Below are positions 48,200 to 55,843 of a DNA stretch of 64,000 nt, in pieces (the first letter of the stretch is position 1; every line of letters begins with the position of its first letter). The notes under the pieces are model-generated. The model was not told where the DNA came from and made no database searches. It saw nothing but the letters and a program-made list of their open reading frames with translations. The translations under genes and the position numbers were made by a program. This DNA is from Vulcanimicrobiaceae bacterium. Lineage in GTDB: Bacteria > Acidobacteriota > Terriglobia > Acidiferrales > UBA7541. The stretch is from the NCBI GenBank assembly GCA_035504455.1, contig DATJRU010000158.1:5600-69599 (forward strand). Direction: 5' to 3'.

Positions 48200-49411
48200 A
48201 TGATGCACTCCACACCAAACAGCCAACTGAGCAAAAATACAAGAGATAGTCTCGCTGGAAGGCCGGCGGCGCCCGCCGCACGTGGCTTGGCGCGGAACGG
48301 CTTCGCGCGAGGGCTGCTGGTGGCTGCCAGCGCTGTTGCGCTGGTGTTATGCCCTCAGGGCGCGTTTGCGCAGCACGGCGGAGGAGGCGGTCACGCAGGT
48401 GGCGGTGGTCATTTTGGCGGCGGCGGGCACTTCGGCGGCGGGGGCGGACACTACAGCGGGAGTTTCGGGGGGTCGCACGGACATGCGACTTCCGGGGCGC
48501 GCTCCGGTTTCGCGGGATCGGTCGCGCGGCCGAGCAGCGGTCCTATCACGGTTGTGCACGGGAGTGCGCCGGCAGGCTGGCACGGGGCGCCTCCATCGAG
48601 TACGCCGAGACCGGTAGGCACCGGCGGGTTTGTGGCGGGCGGAGCGCCTCCTACACCGCAGCACGTGACGATCGGTTTTCCTCCAGAGAGCGGGCATGGG
48701 ATGGTGAGCGCGGGCGGAGGAGTGACGACAGGTGCGGGCGCGGATGGGCGCTCGCCGATTGTGGGTACGCGCGGAGGCGAGGTACTGAGCTTTTCGGGAC
48801 AGGGGCATGAGATCTGGCAGAATTCGCCGCAGTCGCGATCGATCGAGGGACAGCGACCGCGGCCCGTGGGCCCACACCATTTCGGCGGGGGATTTTTCGG
48901 GCCGGGGTATGGGTACGGATATGGCTTTGGAGGATTTTATCCCTGGGGCTTTGGCTGGGGGCTGGGACTCGGATTTGGGTTCGACTGTGATTCGCTGTGG
49001 AATTTTGGCTGCGGGACATACGGATATCCGGGCTACGGTTACTACGGACCGTACGAACCGGGAGCCTATCTGTACTCCGGGAGCGGCGACGACAACGGGT
49101 CGGTGACGGATTCATCCGGGGACTACGGCGCTTATTCGAACTCGCCTTCGCCAGATGCAGGCTCCGGCTCCGGCGCGGCAGGCCCGAATACGGCGGCGAA
49201 CACTAGCGCGGTTATCTATCTGAACGACGGGACGAGCTTTGCGGTGACGGACTACTGGGTGTCGGATTACCAGTTGCACTACGTCGTCGACGGGGCGCGG
49301 GAGAACGTGATCGCCCTGGACCAGATCGACGTGCAGCGAACAGTGGATGAGAATGCGGCACGAGGGGTGAACTTCACGCTGCGGCCGGCGCCGGATTCGG
49401 AGCAAAGGTAG
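48200..49411 (+). CDS. secreted Gly/His/Tyr/Phe-rich low-complexity protein with ordered C-terminal domain
   Basis: Signal-like LLVAASAVALVLCPQGAFAQ, then GGGGHAGGGGHFGGGGHFGGGGGHY and GYGYGYGFGGFYPWGFGWGLGLGFGF. The C-terminal roughly 80 aa are non-repetitive. Confidence 0.6.
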   Translation: MMHSTPNSQLSKNTRDSLAGRPAAPAARGLARNGFARGLLVAASAVALVLCPQGAFAQHGGGGGHAGGGGHFGGGGHFGGGGGHYSGSFGGSHGHATSGARSGFAGSVARPSSGPITVVHGSAPAGWHGAPPSSTPRPVGTGGFVAGGAPPTPQHVTIGFPPESGHGMVSAGGGVTTGAGADGRSPIVGTRGGEVLSFSGQGHEIWQNSPQSRSIEGQRPRPVGPHHFGGGFFGPGYGYGYGFGGFYPWGFGWGLGLGFGFDCDSLWNFGCGTYGYPGYGYYGPYEPGAYLYSGSGDDNGSVTDSSGDYGAYSNSPSPDAGSGSGAAGPNTAANTSAVIYLNDGTSFAVTDYWVSDYQLHYVVDGARENVIALDQIDVQRTVDENAARGVNFTLRPAPDSEQR

Positions 49412-49462
49412 GGGAAGAAATGAAAATTACCTTGGACGATTTCGATATACACAAAAAAGCAC

Positions 49463-49491
49463 TTGACAGAAATAGTGACTTCGAGTACAAT
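49463..49491 (+). promoter_or_regulatory. consensus sigma70-type promoter at the left border of the phage-like block
   Basis: TTGACA (49463-49468), a 17-nt spacer, then TACAAT (49486-49491), in an AT-rich patch. About 300 nt upstream of the ATG at 49794. Confidence 0.5.
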
Positions 49492-49793
49492 TCGTTTCGT
49501 TATCCTCGAAAAGTGCGCAGACAGCAGTAACCTCCGAACGGCGTTTTTCCTGTAAGAAACTCAAGAGATGGAAGTTGAGCGCGTAATTGCGCTTCGCGCG
49601 CGCGAAGCAACCGCGGACGTGTGTTTGCACGGGCCGCGTGAGTTTTGCGCACGAGTTTCCGCTTGACGCACACCCTGGCCTGCGTCCGCGGGTGGGGGCG
49701 GTCTCTCCGATCCGCCCCCACGAAGATTCAGTCGAAGACCGCAGCGGCAGAGTTGCGGAGCACGTCGCACGATCATTTTCCCGGGAGAGATTC

Positions 49794-50162
49794 ATGCCGA
49801 ATTACAATGCGCAGGTACCGCCGTATTCGATTTTTCCGGGTGACGTGGCGCTCGCGTTCAACAGCGAAGCGCCGACCGCGGGGCAGGCGAGCCAGCAGTT
49901 CGCGCTGCCGAACTACGCGGGCATGCCCAACAACGGACGCACGATCGTGTGGCAGACGATGTATGGGACGTCGCCCTCGGCGATCAGCGTGTCGCTGCAG
50001 GAGGCGATGAACGACGTCGACGCGCAGTACGCGACGGTGGACACGTCGACGGCGACGGGAGGCGAGTCGCGGACGGTGACGAACGTGAGGGCGAACTTCG
50101 TGCGAGCGAAGGTTACGTCGATCACGGGCGGGGCCGGCGTGGTCGTACAGATTTTAGGGTAG
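49794..50162 (+). CDS. hypothetical protein (first gene of phage-like block)
   Basis: From ORF 49587..50162. ATG at 49794 after GGGAGAG. 122 aa, MPNYNAQVPPYSIFPGDVALAF... No family recognised. Confidence 0.55.
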   Translation: MPNYNAQVPPYSIFPGDVALAFNSEAPTAGQASQQFALPNYAGMPNNGRTIVWQTMYGTSPSAISVSLQEAMNDVDAQYATVDTSTATGGESRTVTNVRANFVRAKVTSITGGAGVVVQILG

Positions 50163-50200
50163 GGGAACCACCGCGGCACATGGGGTAGCATAGCCTCGGC

Positions 50201-50731
50201 ATGCGGAGAGGCTTTGCGGCGGCAGTGGCGATGATTGTTGCGGGTAGTGCGGTGGGACCGAGGCTGGCGCGAGGCGAGGCGACTCGGGAGGCGACGCGAG
50301 CGGAGGAGTCTTTGCAGGCGACCGCTGGGCCGGCAGGACAGAGTTCGCCGCAAAAGCCGACTGAGGGTCAGCCTGCGAGCCAAGGGCAGAGCGGGCAGGC
50401 GACTCCGGCGGCGGCGCACAGTCTCCACTTCGTCACCGTAAAATTCGATTACGACTTCGGGAAAACGCCGGCATGCTCGGCCAAGGTGAAAACGGCGTGC
50501 GTGGAAGAGTTTGTCGCGTACGACATTTCGGCGGGAGTGAAGAACCGGTCAAAGCTCTTCGAGATCGGCCTGCCAGCTAAGCCGATAGGGTTCGTGCCAG
50601 GGATCACCGGAAAAAGCCCGAAGAAGCTGGATTTCGAGTTGGGCAAGCACTGGATTTCGGTGGTCGCGCGGGAACCTGACGGGACCGAATCGAGACACAA
50701 GGCTTGCACGACCTGGATTGTGATTCAGTAG
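50201..50731 (+). CDS. hypothetical secreted protein
   Basis: 176 aa. Signal-like MRRGFAAAVAMIVAGSAVG, a Q/S/P-rich linker, then a beta-rich C-domain (HFVTVKFDYDFGK...). Confidence 0.55.
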   Translation: MRRGFAAAVAMIVAGSAVGPRLARGEATREATRAEESLQATAGPAGQSSPQKPTEGQPASQGQSGQATPAAAHSLHFVTVKFDYDFGKTPACSAKVKTACVEEFVAYDISAGVKNRSKLFEIGLPAKPIGFVPGITGKSPKKLDFELGKHWISVVAREPDGTESRHKACTTWIVIQ

Positions 50732-50806
50732 AGCGACTTCAGTTGGATTCGGACGACTAGGACTGCGGGCCTTCCTTTTCCTCGCTACAAGCTACGGCAA
50801 GACCGC

Positions 50807-51235
50807 ATGGCACGCTGCGTCAGCTTCGTTCAATCGCCGGAACACACGGCGGGATGGGGGCGATGCGAGCGGAGCGCGCGTGCGAGCGACATTTTATGCA
50901 CCGTCCATCGGGACGCGATCAATGGCGTCATGATGGGCATCCTCCATCACAGCGAACCCTACCATGTCAGCAAAAAGCAGATCGAAGAAGCGAGCCGGGA
51001 AGCGGGGACGCGGCGGCTTGCATTCGAAACGGCCCTCGCGGCGCTCAACGTCCCGGCGGGGCATGTCGTCCGGCCGGGCTACCGGCGGTTGCGGAGAATC
51101 CGAGCTAGAGCAAAACAAAAGCGGGAAGCACGACGCGCCAGGGACGGCGGACGCTCCGCCGGAAAAGAAGCGGCGGAAGCGGCTGCGGAAGCGCGTGCCG
51201 ATCGGCGAGGCACTGCGCAAGCAGGGGCTGGATGA
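50807..51235 (+). CDS. hypothetical Cys/His-containing protein; 3' end doubtful (see frameshift finding)
   Basis: ORF as given. The N-terminal roughly 95 aa look protein-like (CVSFVQSPEHTAGWGRCE...LCTVHRD). The tail is Arg/Ala-rich and overlaps a better-looking frame. Confidence 0.35.
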   Translation: MARCVSFVQSPEHTAGWGRCERSARASDILCTVHRDAINGVMMGILHHSEPYHVSKKQIEEASREAGTRRLAFETALAALNVPAGHVVRPGYRRLRRIRARAKQKREARRARDGGRSAGKEAAEAAAEARADRRGTAQAGAG

Positions 51236-51476
51236 GCACACGGTTGCGGAACGATACGCGAATGTTGTGTCGCGACTGGAGAAGAATCCTTCGAATGTGG
51301 GGAGCGGCGACAAGCTGCTAGTGGAAATTCTGAAGGAGTGCACGCGGCAGATTGAGGCGGCGCAGCCGGTGGGCGAGGGTGGAGTTCAGGTGCAGCTGGT
51401 TCATAACGTGGAGCGGCCGGCGCGCAAGGCGGCAACAGGAGTAGAAACGGACGAAGAGAAAAATGCTTGGCAGTGA
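51063..51476 (+). CDS. hypothetical protein upstream of terL (small-terminase position)
   Basis: Frame of ORF 50964..51476, first ATG at 51063. KKRRKRLRKRVPIGEALRKQGLDEHTVAERYANVVSRLEK. Its stop overlaps the terL GTG as GTGA. The function is inferred from position only. Confidence 0.4.
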   Translation: MSSGRATGGCGESELEQNKSGKHDAPGTADAPPEKKRRKRLRKRVPIGEALRKQGLDEHTVAERYANVVSRLEKNPSNVGSGDKLLVEILKECTRQIEAAQPVGEGGVQVQLVHNVERPARKAATGVETDEEKNAWQ

Positions 51477-53098
51477 AGCGGATCGCGCCTGGGAAGTTCA
51501 TCCGGGACACGGGGAAACTTATGGTGACGATCGCGTCGGGTCTCGAGCGGTGGGCGGCGGAGGGGCGGGCGCGAGTGGACCTGGGCTACCGGCCGTTTCC
51601 GAAGCAGCAGCAATTCCACGCGTCGGCGGCCAAGTACCGGCTGTTCGGCGGGGCGGCTGGGCCGGGAAAGACAAAGGCGCTGCTGATGGAGGCGATTCTG
51701 CAGGCGCACGAGCATCCGGGCGCGAACACGTTGCTTTTGCGGCGGACGTTTCCGGAGCTGGAGCAATCGCTGCTGCTCTACTTTCGGCGCGAGGTGCCGC
51801 GAGAGTTGTACAAGAGCTTTCACGACTCAAAACACGTGGTGACGTGGTGGAACGGGTCGACGACGCGATTCGGATATTGCCAGAACGAGAGCGACGTTTA
51901 CCAGTATCAGGGCGGGGAATTCCTTTTCATCGGCGTGGACGAGCTGACGATGTTCACGCTGCGCCAGTGGCAATTCCTAACGAGCCGCAACCGGTGCCCG
52001 GCGCCGGGGGCGTTTCCGTCGATGGCGGGCGCGACGAATCCGGGGAATATCGGGCACGCGTGGGTGAAGTCGCTGTGGATTGAACGGCAGCCGGCCGCAG
52101 GAATGGAACACCCGGAAGAGTATGACGCGAGCGATTATGAGTTTATTCCAGCGCGGGTTTGCGACAACCCGATTTACGCGCAGGACGAGAATTACCTGAA
52201 GACGCTGCGAGCGCTGCCGTCGCATTTGCGGCGAGCGTTCTTGGACGGCGACTGGGACGTATTCGCGGGGCAGTACTTCGACCGGTTCGATCCGGCGCGA
52301 CATGTGGCGCGCGCAGAAACGATCGACTGGAAGCCGTGGTGGCGGCGGTGGATTTCGGTCGACTGGGGATTCGAGCATCCGGCGGCGGTTTACTGGCACG
52401 CGGCGGTGCCGGGGATTGAGAACGGCGAGGGCGAGGCGAACCGCGTGGTGACATACCGCGAGTACGTGACGCATCGAACCCCACCGCGGGAACTGGCGCG
52501 GGAAATTATTGCGCGCAGCGTCGAGACGAGCGCGAAAGCGAAAAGAGATCGTTCGCGCTTCTACACTGGCGCTCCGGACGACGGCGTCGCGGAAACTGGC
52601 GGTGAGAGGGAAAAGATCGAAGCCGTCTATCTTTCGCCGGATGCGTTTGCGCGGAGGACGGACGAGGCGTCGATCGCCGAGCAGATGGGCGATGTTTTCG
52701 CGGCGGCGGGGCTGCCGCGTCCTGTGCCGGCGGACGACGACCGGGTGGGCGGCTGGATGCTGATGTACCAGATGCTCGATGCGGGGGAGTGGCTCCTCGC
52801 CGAGAATTGCATCGAGCTGATCCGAACGCTGCCGAATTTGATTCGCGACCCGGCGCGCGTGGAGGACGTCGAGAAGACGGATGGCGACGATGCGGCGGAT
52901 GCGGCGCGATACGGACTGAAGTCGAGGTACGCGGTACGTCGCAGCAGCGAACGGCGGATGCCGCTCGCAGACCGGTTGGCGGCGAGGACAGTGTCCGCCG
53001 ACCCGACGATTCGGGCGATCCAAGCGCGCAAGGCCGAGATCGAAGAGAGGCAGGGCGCGCGACCGGTTTCCTTCTTGCATCGACGGCGGTGGTGGTAG
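51473..53098 (+). CDS. terL: phage terminase large subunit
   Basis: Walker A FGGAAGPGKTKAL, Walker B FLFIGVDELTMF, nuclease-type WISVDWGFEHPAAVYWHA. Start taken at the GTG at 51473 (ORF track 51467). Confidence 0.85.
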   Translation: MKRIAPGKFIRDTGKLMVTIASGLERWAAEGRARVDLGYRPFPKQQQFHASAAKYRLFGGAAGPGKTKALLMEAILQAHEHPGANTLLLRRTFPELEQSLLLYFRREVPRELYKSFHDSKHVVTWWNGSTTRFGYCQNESDVYQYQGGEFLFIGVDELTMFTLRQWQFLTSRNRCPAPGAFPSMAGATNPGNIGHAWVKSLWIERQPAAGMEHPEEYDASDYEFIPARVCDNPIYAQDENYLKTLRALPSHLRRAFLDGDWDVFAGQYFDRFDPARHVARAETIDWKPWWRRWISVDWGFEHPAAVYWHAAVPGIENGEGEANRVVTYREYVTHRTPPRELAREIIARSVETSAKAKRDRSRFYTGAPDDGVAETGGEREKIEAVYLSPDAFARRTDEASIAEQMGDVFAAAGLPRPVPADDDRVGGWMLMYQMLDAGEWLLAENCIELIRTLPNLIRDPARVEDVEKTDGDDAADAARYGLKSRYAVRRSSERRMPLADRLAARTVSADPTIRAIQARKAEIEERQGARPVSFLHRRRWW

Positions 53099-53301
53099 CC
53101 ACGGAGTCACCGAGACACTGAGGATTTCGAATGTGCGCGCCGGCATCCCGCGGCTGAAGCCGGTTCTTTACGCACGTTTTCGCGAGGCCTGAAAGCCCGC
53201 TCTTCCAACAGTAGACCGTCGCGCATTCGCGCATCTACGAAGAGTTCACGCGCTTACGTTTTCGCGCGGACTCTGAAGATATGGTCCCCTAACGAGCGTT
53301 T

Positions 53302-53709
53302 ATGCGATGGCTTCTGGAGATTTGGCGGGGAATTGCGCCGCCCTGGCGCGCAGGTACGGCGGCTAGGGTTGAGGACGAGGCCGTGCGCCTGCGAGCGGAA
53401 ATTGACAGGCTGCGTGCGGAGAATCGCGCGCTGCTGAATTCGATTCTGGGAATTGCGGGTGTCCCACCGATTCCGGCGGACATCCCGACGAACTGCGCTG
53501 AACCCCCACTCAGTGCCCACCCCGCACCCCGGCCCGGTCCTGAAGCTCCCCCTTCGGGGCCGGGCGTCTCATCGGGGCGGGCGCCTGGAAGAGTGAGGCA
53601 AGCAGGCGGATCGCAGATAGCGGGGCCTTTACGAAAAAGGTCGTGGCAGCAGATCCGGAGGATGCTGGAGTTCGAGTCAGGGAAAAAGACAGTGGTTGGT
53701 GCCGAATGA
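53302..53709 (+). CDS. hypothetical protein (coiled-coil N-terminus, Pro-rich middle)
   Basis: 135 aa ORF with plausible codon usage. No family recognised. Confidence 0.4.
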   Translation: MRWLLEIWRGIAPPWRAGTAARVEDEAVRLRAEIDRLRAENRALLNSILGIAGVPPIPADIPTNCAEPPLSAHPAPRPGPEAPPSGPGVSSGRAPGRVRQAGGSQIAGPLRKRSWQQIRRMLEFESGKKTVVGAE

Positions 53710-53789
53710 CGGGCGGCCACGCGTGGCGTGACTTGTGACTCGTTGGCTCTTTGATTCGTAGTTACGGCGTGATTTTTCTGGAGGACACG

Positions 53790-54203
53790 ATGCCATTTAT
53801 TGGTGGGCGATATCACATTAACCCGGCGATGGGCGCGGCGCTCGAAGCGGCCCGAGAGGCGGAAGCCGCACTGCAGGCGCTGGAGCTGAGAGCTCAGGAG
53901 CAGCGCGCCTATGCCGATAACAGCGACTCCGATCGGGACGGCGACGTCGATCAGGCTGCCGCCGATTCAAAGCCGGGTACGGGGCCGGTGCATCGGGTGG
54001 AGATCGAAGCGGCTGAGGTGGTGCCATCTCATTCGGGGCGCGCCGCGCGAGGGTTCGTGGCCCGGGTTCATCGCTGCGGAGCGAACGGCGGGGGCACGGA
54101 GGCGATTCGAGGAGCTTCGACTTCGCCGCCGGAAACGCACGTATTTTCGGACCACCGCGACCTGGTCAGCTTTCTGGGCGACGAACTGGGCAAAGGGAAG
54201 TAG
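53790..54203 (+). CDS. hypothetical protein
   Basis: From ORF 53751..54203. ATG at 53790 after GGAGG. MPFIGGRYHINPAMGAALEAAREAE... Confidence 0.45.
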   Translation: MPFIGGRYHINPAMGAALEAAREAEAALQALELRAQEQRAYADNSDSDRDGDVDQAAADSKPGTGPVHRVEIEAAEVVPSHSGRAARGFVARVHRCGANGGGTEAIRGASTSPPETHVFSDHRDLVSFLGDELGKGK

Positions 54204-54225
54204 GTCGCCGCTTCTGCGCTCCCAC

Positions 54226-55272
54226 ATGGGAGGTTGCTGTCCTACAATGGCGGGCCAGGGAGCGCACTTGGGAGACTGGCAGTTTCCGCAGCAACCGCCC
54301 GGGCCGATCTACGGCGGGCGACGGCGTCGCGTGATCAACGTGAGCGGGCGGAGCCCGTGGCCGCGGTATCTGGCATGGGTGGTCGTGATCGTGGCGGCGT
54401 TGCTCGTGGCCCGGCTCGCGTGGCAAGGCTCGCGATATTTTTCGGAGCGACAGCAACCTGCTGCGAAGCGGGGAACGGCCGGGCCGAGCAGCGACGGAAG
54501 CAACCACGGACGCGTTTACGCGTCGTGGGAGCGGGACATGCTGCTCGCGATCAACCAAGGCGTTCAAGACGCCGGGGCGGGAAGAATGGACGCCGCGGAG
54601 GAGGATGTGGACCGGATGGCGTCGATGGCGACGGAAGGCCGTCTGGCATCACGGGCGGCACAGCCGGAGTTCTACGAGGTGTCGCTGGGCGGGCTCGACC
54701 GAATTCTTACGACGGCTTCTTCCGACGCCGACATGATGGATCACGTGACGCAGGCGCGAGTGGCGCTTGCGGAACTGCGATCGTCAGAAAATGACGCGGC
54801 AAACTCGGAGGCGACGAGCCAGGATGCGTCGCCGATTTCGACAAGCGGGAGGGCTGCGAAGCGAGACACGGCCAAAGTATCGATCGATGCGCCGCGGGAG
54901 CTCGCGGCGGACAGTCTGCTGGACCCTTCGACGCTCGGCGGGAAGCACCTGGACGCGACGTTTATGCCAGACACCGCGGAAGTACTGCTGCCGCCGGCGA
55001 CGCGGGCGTTCGCTGACAACGTGCGCGTGGAGAACCTAACGATCGAAGGAGCGGCACAGACGCTCGACGGAATTCATTGGCGGAACGTGACGTTCGTGGG
55101 GACGCATCTGCGCTATGAGAGCGGGGAATTGGATCTCGACGACGTGCGTTTCGTGAGTTGCAGGTTTGGGTTTCCGTCGGACGAGAGCGGCGCGCGGCTT
55201 GCGAATGCGATCGCGCTCGGGAAAACGTCGATCAAGATCGAGCACATCGAGACGCAGCCGACGACACCGTGA
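54226..55272 (+). CDS. membrane-anchored hypothetical protein with beta-helix/pentapeptide-like C-terminus
   Basis: From ORF 53911..55272, Met at 54226. One TM (YLAWVVVIVAALLVARLAW). C-terminus NVRVENLTIEGAAQTLDGIHWRNVTFVGTHLRYESGELDLDDVRFVSCRF. Confidence 0.45.
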   Translation: MGGCCPTMAGQGAHLGDWQFPQQPPGPIYGGRRRRVINVSGRSPWPRYLAWVVVIVAALLVARLAWQGSRYFSERQQPAAKRGTAGPSSDGSNHGRVYASWERDMLLAINQGVQDAGAGRMDAAEEDVDRMASMATEGRLASRAAQPEFYEVSLGGLDRILTTASSDADMMDHVTQARVALAELRSSENDAANSEATSQDASPISTSGRAAKRDTAKVSIDAPRELAADSLLDPSTLGGKHLDATFMPDTAEVLLPPATRAFADNVRVENLTIEGAAQTLDGIHWRNVTFVGTHLRYESGELDLDDVRFVSCRFGFPSDESGARLANAIALGKTSIKIEHIETQPTTP

Positions 55273-55566
55273 ACGCGGCCTTCGATCGTGACCAGGCAAA
55301 TTTCTGCAGTTTCGCGGATTCAGTTGGAATTCGCGGAGGGAGTCAATCGTCCCATACGGGACTGACTGATCTCCGATTGAGTACCCGGCACTTCGCTCCG
55401 CCTGCCTCGCAGGCAGGCAGGCTGCGTGCCGGGCTTGGTACAATCGCGCCTCCGGCGCTTTGCGAGTCGGCTCGATAACCGGACGTGAAGCGATTCGGCG
55501 CGTCGTTATCAGGCCGGTCGTATTTTCGACTATAGGTGAAACCGAACCCGCGACGGCGTAGCCGTG

Positions 55567-55797
55567 TCAGTGACGGCGACCGGCGCGAATCGCAAGGACG
55601 ATTACGAGGGCTCCTCCGGCGAGTGCAAAGGGCGAGAACAGAGCGGCGGCCGGGAAGTAGGGATTGAATGAGGGTCCCTCGACGATCGTCGCCACGCCTG
55701 TGACGATCATCATCACGCCGAGCAAGATCACGGCGAACTGCTGAAAACGATTGAGCCGCTTCGGCGGTGGTTGTTCTTCTTCCCTCAGTTCATCCAT
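55567..55797 (-). CDS. small two-TM membrane protein
   Basis: 76 aa with two hydrophobic spans. On the opposite strand to the phage genes. Confidence 0.4.
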   Translation of the reverse strand: MDELREEEQPPPKRLNRFQQFAVILLGVMMIVTGVATIVEGPSFNPYFPAAALFSPFALAGGALVIVLAIRAGRRH

Positions 55798-55843
55798 TCA
55801 GCCGCCACGATAGCAGAACGCGCACGCCACAAGCGAGAGACGA

